Assembly: GCF_006345805.1 (NCBI RefSeq)
Contig: NC_043003.1
Span: forward strand, 109,182,001 to 109,246,000
Direction: 5' to 3'
DNA: 64,000 bases
Origin: Octopus sinensis
Lineage: Eukaryota
Shown here: piece by piece, positions 54,909 through 64,000 of the stretch
Layout: each line of letters begins with the position of its first letter
Numbering within the stretch: position 1 is the stretch's first letter
The notes under the pieces: generated by a model
What the model saw: only the letters and a program-made list of their open reading frames with translations
Database searches by the model: none
What the model was told of the DNA's origin: nothing
Program-made: the position numbers and the translations under genes

Positions 54909-55666
54909 GAACCCATATACATATGTGTGTATGTATATATACATACATATATATATTTATACACGTGCACACATACACGCTTATACACTCAAATACATGC
55001 ACATATATGAGAATATCAAAATGGCACTCTGATATCTTGGGAAACTGCAATATCCATAAAACAAGCGAACTGCACAGATTTACGTTTCAAACACATCATC
55101 AAACACCAGCTTCACAACCAACACTGTATCATCTAACATTATTTCATAAACGAAAAAAAATAAAAGGAAAACAACATGAGAAAGAGACTTGTATAACAGA
55201 ATGACATATTCGAGAATAACCAGATGATATCCTGGTATCTTGGTTTAGCTATGATATCCATAAAACAGCTGTACAGATTCATATCTGCTATGTATGTTTT
55301 TTTGCAGATCTTTTACATCTAACATCTACGTTACAAACTAACTAGAAAGAATGTACATTGCCATTTGACTTGTTAGAAACAGTAGCTAACCCTCACTCAA
55401 ATTATGCATCACTTTTTTAGAAAATAAGGAGATTGATATTTGAGGCAGATCCTAGCTTGAATGTCTTTGAATATAAGTCTACTCATTCACGTCTGATCTG
55501 GGCTAAAATAGCATCAACATCACAGGTCAATCAGAAAGTTTCCTGCTTGACTTGCAAGGAATAGCAGCCAAATCTCCATCATATAACTTCTGATATTGTT
55601 AAAGAAAAACCAAAGAGATAAAAAAAAACAAAGCTGTATAGATATTAGAGCATTTATAGATAGAAG

Positions 55667-55718
55667 GTCTTACAGCTGTTTCTAGGATATTAATTAATAA
55701 TATCCCTTCATCGGAGAC
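55667..55718 (-). ncRNA. Type I hammerhead variant with a CCGAUGA core
   Basis: gtct-CCGATGA-ag ggatatta ttaat taatatcc ta-GAAA-cagctg-TA-agac, with an ACAGCTGT palindrome. Confidence 0.7.
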
Positions 55719-56071
55719 GGTGTGAGAGGAAAAATTAAGTCATAGATAGTTTCAATGTGATACGAAATAGAGAGTGAAGTGGAAGAAAGAAAATAGATGT
55801 AAGATATGTATGGGTATTGAGTTCATAAATCCGTTTTATAGGCGTAATGGTATATAAGTGTAATGTTCCAATATCCTTTGAGAAGTTCAACAGAGTTTAA
55901 TATGAGTCTAGCAATATTACCGAATCTGGAACTTAACTATGGTCTGTCTATAGCACTTATTCAGCATTACCTGACACCTTTGGGTCTCAATAACACCATT
56001 ATCTCGAAAAACCAAAGAGCACATTAGACACTGTACTCTAAGTTTTCTTAGCAAATTTCTCATACACAGCT

Positions 56072-56446
56072 TTAACCCTGCTGCCACCATATTTCTGTTG
56101 AAATACATTCCTTTTGTTTCAATCAATTTTGAAATAAGGAAATATTTAGTAAATTAATTTTTTTATGATTAAGCTGATGTTTGGAACATAAATTAACATG
56201 AAATTTTAATGTGTTAATTTTTTAAAAATTTACCTTTTTTTCTTTTTAACCATATTTCTGTTGAAATACAATTAATTTTGAGAATAATGAAAAATTCAGT
56301 AACATAACTGTTGCCATTAAGCTGGTATTTGGAACAAATTAAAATGAAATTTTGTGGAAGGTTTTAATTTAAAACACTTTAAGACAAAAAGGTTCATATC
56401 GTAGAACCAGGTGTGGTATCAGATGGGTTAGAATGAAAACGGTTAA
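56072..56446. mobile_element. AT-rich piggyBac-like MITE with internal sub-repeats of about 150 bp
   Basis: TTAA|ccc... and ...cgg|TTAA termini. Related reverse copies form an array at about 58575-59710. Confidence 0.5.
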
Positions 56447-58896
56447 TTGCTCTGACACTATGGTAGAAGACTCTTGCCAAAGATGGCATTCAGTGGAATC
56501 AAATCTGGAGACTATATATATATATTACTGAAATAAACATGTTAACTGCATAGCCATCCCTGGAGAAATGAGATACGAAAATGAAAACTTCTTTGATTTG
56601 AACCTGGGATGTATAAAGTTAAAATTAAAAGATGTGATGTAATCTTTTATCTTTTACGTGTTTCAGTCATTAGACAGCAGCCATGCTGGGGCACTGCCTT
56701 GAAGAATTTTAGTCAAACAGTGTCTAACTGGTACTTATTTTATTGTCCCCAAAAGGATGAAAGGCAAAATTGACCTCAGCAGGATTTGAAATCAGAATGC
56801 AAAGATGGACAAACTGTTGCTAAGCATTTTACCCAGCAAGCAAATGATTCTACTAGCTCACTGCCTTATTGTATTAATTAATGTTGGTTTCAAATTTTGG
56901 CACAAGGCATGTAATTTTGGAATAGGGCTTAAATTGATTACATTGACCCCAGTGTTCAGCTGGTACTTATTTTATCAACTCCAAAAGGATGAAAGGTAAA
57001 ATCAAACTCGGCAGAATTTGAACACCAGAAAATCAAGACAGATGAAAGACCTTTAAGCATTTTGCAAGACGTGCTAACAATTCTGCCATTTTGCCACCTT
57101 ATTATAATAATTAATATTGTTAATTAGTTATTATTATGTTGTTATTACTGCTGTTGTGGTTGTTTTGCAACTTCAAAATTAGTCTTCAAATTACCTGATC
57201 TGATTAACCTTATTTTAGAATCTTCTAAATCTCATTTACATTTAATTCAATACAACCAATCAATTCTACAATACGTGTCATGTAATGAATCTTAATTTGC
57301 CGTTGGGTATTTTTTGGGAAGAAGGGAAGAAAGAGTAGTTTTGGTTTCAATTTATTGAAGGTTAGCAATAATGATGCTCATTTTATAGGTGCAGGAAATG
57401 GCTGTGCGGTAAGAAGTTTGATTTCCAACCACAAGGCCTTGGGTTCAGTCCCACTGTGTGTAACCTTGGGCAAATGTATTCAAATATAGCTCTGGGCTAA
57501 CCAAAGCCTTATGAATGGAATTTGGTAGATGGAAACTGAAAGAAGCCCACTGAATAATGTGTGTGTGTGAAGTGTTACTGTAACCTTGTTTCCTCGCCTT
57601 GACTTGATGTGATAGTTGTAAATGAGAATCCCTGTCATGCGTGCCATGTCCTTCATTCCTAATCTTCAGTGGAAACAATGTTTGGTCGTGGGAAACATTA
57701 CTTTACTTGGAAACAGGTGAGGGTTGGCAACAGGAAAGGCATCCTGCTATAGAAAATCCACCTCAACGAATTCTATCTGACCTCTGAAGACATAGAAAAT
57801 AGTGGACATTAAAACAATGATGATGATGATGATTTTCCTCCCCTCCTCCTCTTCCTCCCATCTTCCTCCCTTCCTCTTCCTCCCCTTCCTCCTCTTCAAC
57901 CCCTCCTCTTTCTTCCCTCCTCCTCTTCCTCCCGTCTCCCTCTTTTTCTCTTCCTTCCCTTCCTCCCCTTCCTCTTCCTACCCTCCTCCTCTTCCACCCC
58001 TCCTCTTTCTCCCCTCCATCCCCTTCCTCCCCTCTCCCTCTTCTTCTCTTCCTCCCCTCCTCCTCACATGTCGCCCTCCTCCTCTTCCTCACCCTCTTCC
58101 CCCCTCCTCAGCACTCTCTCTATTCCTCCCCTTCTCACCTTTCTCCCTCATCCTCTTTCCTACTGTCTCAAATCCTAAAACTCATAGCGCCAAATTACCT
58201 GATCCCTATGGTGCTTAAACGAGCCAAGATCAAAGCATTTCCATTGAACAGGATGCCAAAACCGCTTCAGGGTTACTCGTTTACAGCTGAGTGGACTGAA
58301 CAAATATGAAATGAAGTGTTTTTTCGCTCACGGCACAATGCACCACTTGGTCTAGGAATCAAGACGACAGTCTTACAATGACCATAAGGACACGAGTCTT
58401 CTCTTAATTAAATAACACAGGAGATTTATCAGACAATCAATTGATTCTGCCAAAAAATGTTAGCAGGAACAGTGAAGTAAATAAACAATATTGTAAACAA
58501 CCGATAGACATCTGCCAGTTTACATTGTGACACTTGTTTCCTTGTTTTAGCTTGGAATCAGGACTTTCCCCTCTTAACTTGTTTAATACCAATCTATTTA
58601 AAACCTACTTTGGTTCTTGGATACAAACTTCTGGTTTTAAAGTGTTTTAAATTAAAACCTATCAAGATTTTATGTTAATTTATGTTTCAAAGGTTAACTT
58701 AATAGCAAAGTTATTTCACTAAATTCTTTGTTATTTCAAAATGAACAGTAACAACAGCAATGTATTTCAAGAGAAATGTGCTTACAAAATGGTTAAAGTG
58801 ATCTTCCTTCAAAATTTCATGTTGAATTATGTTCCAAGCACCAACTGGTTAATGACAAGGTTATTTTACAAAATTATTATTTTCAATATTATAATG

Positions 58897-58929
<33 letters not shown>

Positions 58930-58933
<4 letters not shown>

Positions 58934-59358
58934 AATTATTGTATACAGTGCTTAGGTGCACCACAACTTGTCAAAAAGTGCATATAAAGCATATATAGTA
59001 ATGTACAAATGTCTGGAAAGCAAACAGTGTATGAGTCAGATACATGCTTGTGTGTGTATGGAAGGGAGAAAATCAGGTGTAATGTTGGTAAATCTCAGGA
59101 AGCATGGAGGTTTTGAAGGATGCAGTGCTCCGGCAACTAACAACTGATGCCGGCAGTTTGTTCCATGCTTCAGCAACTCTTAGCGTGAAAAAATGTTTCC
59201 GAAAGTCATGGGAGCTGTGCTGTTTTCTGACTTTGTAAATCGTGTCCATGAATGTTAGACAGGTGAAGTTTGAAAAGGTGCTCAGAGTTATTGTTTGCAA
59301 GATGGTTAATAATTTTATGGGTGTCTGCCAAGTCAGCTGCCAGTCGTCAGAGTTTCAA
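58930..59358 (-). mobile_element. CR1-type LINE 3' fragment
   Basis: RKHFFTLRVAEAWNKLPASVV...ASFK, a typical CR1-group ORF2 C-terminus, with a simple-repeat tail. Confidence 0.8.
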
Positions 59359-59728
59359 TGTATTAATTGAAACAAAAGTCATGTTTCAACAGAAATATGG
59401 TAACAAAGGGGTTAAAATTATTTAACTTAACAACCGTCTTCAAAATTTCCTGTTAATTTATATTCAAATATTAGCATTAAAAGTGACAATGTTATTTGAC
59501 AAAATTCTTTACCATTTTGAAAAGCAGTGTATTTCTAAATAAATATGGTAACAAAAAGGATGAAGTGATCTAAATCAAAGCCATTCATCAAAATTTCAAT
59601 TTAAATCATTGTCCCAACATCATCTTAATGATGGCAATGTTATTTTACAAATAACAAATTCTTCATTATTTTCAAAAAATTAATTGAAATGAAGGCAGAG
59701 TATTTCAACATATGTGATATCAAAAGTG

Positions 59729-59888
59729 TAGGCGCAGGAGTGGCTGTGTGATTAGTAGCTTGCTAACCAACCACATGGTTCCAGGTTCAGTCCCACTGTG
59801 TGGCACCTTGGGCAAGTGTCTTCTTCTATAGCCTCGGGCCGACCAAAGCCGAGTGAGTGGATTTGGTAGACAGAAACTGAAAGAAGCC

Positions 59889-59925
<37 letters not shown>

Positions 59926-60157
59926 TATATGCGTGTGTGTATACATTTGTGTGTGTGTGTCCCAACATTGCTTGACATCACTGCTGGTGAGTTTATGTAC
60001 ACTAAACTTAACAGTTCGGCAAAATAAGCTGAAAGAATAAGTACTAGGCTTACAAAGAATAAGTCCTGGGGTCAATTTGCTTGACTAAAGGCGGTGCTCC
60101 AGCATGTCAGCAGTCAAAATGACTGAAACGAATAAAAGAATATAAGAATAAAAGAAT
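59729..60157 (+). mobile_element. Well-preserved composite octopus-type SINE
   Basis: tRNA-like head tggctgtgtg...ggttcagtccc, CORE-like ccttgggcaagt, internal (TA)n/(TG)n and an aagaata tail. Many partial copies occur elsewhere in the window. Confidence 0.8.
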
Positions 60158-60729
60158 AGCATCTAACTCTACCAAATTCTAAGTTGGTAGCCAAGAATTG
60201 TGAATGCCATTAATTGTATGGATTGTGATGGCACAGCAGAATTTGATGACTATTTCGTTATATTGCATTTCTAAATTCAACTCTTCTCATGGGAAAAAAA
60301 TGCTTTTTATCAGAAGAAGAATGAAGGCTGGGCATCAGATATTTTAAGCCAGTTCAGCATATAATGTTTCTAGAACCAATGGTATGAGAAATTGTTACAT
60401 CAAGAACTTCATGTACTAAAAGGCATTTGTATTATGAAAATAAAAAAGGAATATAAAATGCTATACATGTGTGTGGGTGTGTGTGGGTGTGTGTGAATAA
60501 ATAAAGAGAAAGAGAGAGATACATATCATCATCATCATCATCATTTCAACATCCACTTTTCCATGTCAGATGGAGTGTATTTGAGATTTTCTACAGCCAG
60601 ATGCAATTTATCTCACCAACACTGAACCGTTTCCAAGAAAGACAATATTTCTCTCATGGTCAGAAAGTTTCTTGCAGTATATTTAAATATCATTTCTAAT
60701 ATATGTATATACATATATACCTATATCTA

Positions 60730-61189
60730 TAATACAAGCTACTGGTGAGTGTTAATGTAGATGTGAAATCACTGGTGATGTGGCTATGTCTGGTGCTTAG
60801 GGAGCTTCCCCCCCACCTGACAGTAAATAAGACGGTGGCTATGAGTTGTTTTGACTCTTATTTCTATCAATACTGGTGCTGTATAGCACCCTCAGTTGCT
60901 TTAGTGACATATATTTTTGCCTTTCAGTTGAAAAATTGCTAACAAGCCTCTCTTATTATTTATAATTTTCTTTGTTACCATTTATGAAATCACTTTATGA
61001 TTTCTCTGGTGATTTTATAAGCTGACAAAGTTGAACTGAGTTTAACTCAAGGTGCTGTTGAGAGCCATTGATGAGCAGTAATTTAGAATCGAAATCCCTG
61101 CTGATCTGGCTATTCCTGGTGCTTAGGGAGCTTGCCTCCCTTATTAGTAAATAAGACGGTTGCGTTATTGTGGTTATGAGTGGTCTTGA

Positions 61190-61192
<3 letters not shown>
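60730..61192 (+). mobile_element. Degenerate retrozyme-like element with two tandem HHRs 326 bp apart
   Basis: agcta-CTGGTGA-...-GAAA-tcactggtga-TG-tggct (60737-60785) and agcca-TTGATGA-...-GAAA-tccctgctga-TC-tggct (61063-61111). Both are followed by ctggtgcttagggagctt...agtaaataagacggt. Confidence 0.6.
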
Positions 61193-61247
<55 letters not shown>

Positions 61248-61275
61248 CATGTATGTATATATATGTCTGTATATT

Positions 61276-61502
61276 GGTGGCGAGCTGGCAGAAACGTTAG
61301 CACGCCGGGCGAAATGCTTAGCGGTATTTCGTCTGCCGTTACGTTCTGAGTTCAAATTCCGCCGAGGTCCACTTTACCTTTCATCCTTTCGGGGTCGATA
61401 AATTAAGTACCAGTTACGCACTGGGGTCGGATGTAATCGACTTAATTCGTTTGTCTGTCCTTGTTTATCCCCTCTGTGTTTAGCCCCTTGTGGGTAGTAA
61501 AG
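61276..61502 (+). mobile_element. tRNA-derived SINE with a Meta-domain-like core
   Basis: gagttcaaattcc B-box and cctttcatcctttcggggtcgataaattaagtaccag core. Confidence 0.8.
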
Positions 61503-61854
61503 AAATATATATATGTCTGTATATATATTGCTATATATATATATATGTCTGTATATATATTGCTATATATATATATATTGCTATATATATATATATATAT
61601 GCTTGTGTATGTGTGTATTTTCAAGTCTGTTCTTGTCACTCTCCACTGCTTTACAACTGGTACTGGTGTGTTTATGTCCCCTGTAACTTAGTGGAGCGGC
61701 AAAAAGAGCTCGAAATAATAAGTACCAGGCTTATAAAAAAGATAGGTCCTGGGGTCAATTTGTTCGACTAAAACCCTTCAAGGCAGTGCCCCAGCATGGC
61801 TGCAGTCAAATGACTGAAATAATTAAAAGATATATATAAATATATACATATATA

Positions 61855-61885
<31 letters not shown>

Positions 61886-62079
61886 ATACGTACACACACA
61901 CACATGCACAAACACGCACACATACACGCACACACCCACACCCACACACACACACACGTGCACACACAACTTGTTATACAAATATTGTGACAGAAGCGAG
62001 GAGAAGAGAGGCTAAATTATGGTAATGTTTATGAGAATAAGGTAGGATAAGAACAGTAACAACAACAACAACAATAATA

Positions 62080-63465
62080 AGATGAGAGGATAATGGAAGG
62101 ATATATTAGAGAGGAGGTCACTATAGAGTACAAGAGGAGAATTGTGAAGGTGCTCAAAACAAGGTTTAATGGAGAGAAGATCTTTAAAAGCCATAAATAC
62201 GTGGGTTTTGCTAGTATTGAGATATTCTGTTCCCTCTCAATAATGGACAAACTGCAGAACTTGGATGGAAGAATTAGAATGTTGGGATCTTTTCGGTTTG
62301 AACAGCAGTTTTTTCTAGCAGTGTCATATGAAATTGTCTCCCATAATTATGACCCTAGTATTGATCTATTGCATTTTAATCTGTTTTAGGGGTGGGGGGA
62401 AGGGTATCTTTTTTTCTTCACAAATCTGTTTCTTAAACGAGGGACATATTCATATGGCACAGAATGTTTTTTCACCTCAATAGATGTCATTGATTGGTTG
62501 AAATTGCAGAAATTGAAGAAAAAAAAACAACAAATATCTTACAAACTATAGAATTTTCTCAATAAAGCCAAGAGAAAAAGATGTTTTATAAACACATTCT
62601 ACCAGTATACGAAGTTTAAAATTTTTTAGTGACCTAGAAATTATGTTAAAAACTGCCGTTCAAACCGAAAAGATCCGAAAGTTGCTGACCATGCATAGTG
62701 CACTTCACCTTAAAAGCAACATTGACTGACTCAACCTATCAAGAGAGGAAAATGGTAGAGAATGACTAAACACAGAAGACACTGTTAATACCGCAATACT
62801 AGGTCTGGAAATTGGTGTTGTGCAGAGTAAAGAAAGAATATTGGCAGCCAGAGAAACCTGAAAAGTGACCGAAACAGTAGAAGAATTCAAGGAGAAAAGG
62901 AAGACTAACAGAGAACAAACAAATAGAATTACATGGTCAATTCATGCAACAAATTGAGAATGTTGGAAGTAAAGATTGCTGGCTTTGATTGATGGATGGG
63001 AACTAAAAATGACAGAAACACTGATTATAGCCACTCAGGAACAAGCCCTTTCGAACAAATCTAATAAAGGCAAATACTTAAAAAAAAAAATTTGACAGCA
63101 AGTGTAGAATCTGCAAGAAAGAAGACAAAAGTATCAATCACCTTTTGAATGAGTGCAGTACACCAGCACAAAAAGAGTATGAGTGTGGACATGATTGTAT
63201 AGGCAAAAGAGTACATTGGCATTTTAGCTCCATTTACATTGGAATAGTGTGGGGCTTCAAAACAACAGAAAAGTGGTCTGATCAAGAAGCAGATACCATG
63301 ATAGAAAATGAGAATTACAAGATCTTGTGAGATTTCCCTATAAATCTGAACATACTATTGAAGCAAAATGATCAAATATGATCACAGAGGACAGAATGAA
63401 GAAACAGTGTAAGATCCTAGATTTTGCAACTTCCTATAATAGTAGATTTGATACCAAAGAAATCA
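62080..63465 (+). mobile_element. Highly decayed R4/Dong-like LINE fragment
   Basis: EYKRRIVKVLKTRFNG, TETLIIATQEQAL and IENENYKIL*DF remnants. Preceded by (AAC/AAT)n. Confidence 0.65.
62285..62676. mobile_element. MITE with GG-initiated TIRs of about 29 bp and an 8-bp TSD (Merlin-like)
   Basis: gaatgttg|ggatcttttcggtttgaacagcagttttt ... aaaaactgccgttcaaaccgaaaagatcc|gaaagttg. Confidence 0.8.
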
Positions 63466-63479
63466 GCCAGAAAGCTTTT

Positions 63480-64000
63480 TTTTTCTGATTTAGCAACAGG
63501 GAGTGAAAAGTAAGTACATCCTTTATGATCCAGACACAAAGCTTTAAATTCTTGAAACGGCATCACACTTCTCCAGCACAGACAGTCACGATGAATCTTT
63601 TTGAGATGATGAGGCTGTCGGTCTTGTTGATTTTTTTTAGCATAGCTGTACCTTGAACAACAACCCCCATCAAAACATTAAAAAGCCATCAGGAGGAAGA
63701 AACCAATCAAAAATCTGAAAATGATTGACATTCACCATAAAAATGTAGAGCCACAGAGATTTTTGGCAACAAATTTGGTAATCTGCGAATTGGGTTGCTC
63801 ACATTTCCCCATCCCTCATACGACCTGCAATGGTGCCCTCTGACTCCTATTTCTTTGGTCTAACGTTAGACAATCTTTGGAGACAAAGATTTGATGATGC
63901 AAACAAGGTGACAGTGATTGTGAAGAAGTGAGTTCAACAGTGAACATATGAATCTTATTGAAGTGGATTCGAGAGTTGGGTTCAACTATTGCATGAATTC
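63480..64000 (+). mobile_element. Decayed mariner transposase fragment
   Basis: HPSY...MVPSDSYFF resembles the mariner HPPYSPDLAPSDYHLF motif. A YDP motif lies upstream. Confidence 0.55.

Overview
AT-rich, repeat-saturated eukaryotic DNA. The SINE/LINE repertoire and extreme microsatellite load suggest an octopus/coleoid cephalopod genome (inference). No host protein-coding gene can be supported, and most listed ORFs are microsatellite read-through. The content is mobile DNA: R4/Dong-type RT+RLE LINEs clustered in (AAT)n tracts (one near full length, about 35.9-40.0 kb), RTE and CR1 fragments, tRNA-derived SINEs, mariner relics and several MITEs. The most notable signal is about 10 type-I hammerhead ribozyme (HHR) motifs, folded by eye, from at least 6 unrelated sequence families, mostly next to (TA)n-type repeats. 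They include a 7.3-kb fold-back Penelope-like (GIY-YIG) element with an outward-facing HHR at each end and a nested HHR element. There are also two retrozyme-like tandem units of about 459 and 326 nt that look like genomic copies of self-cleaving or circular RNAs.
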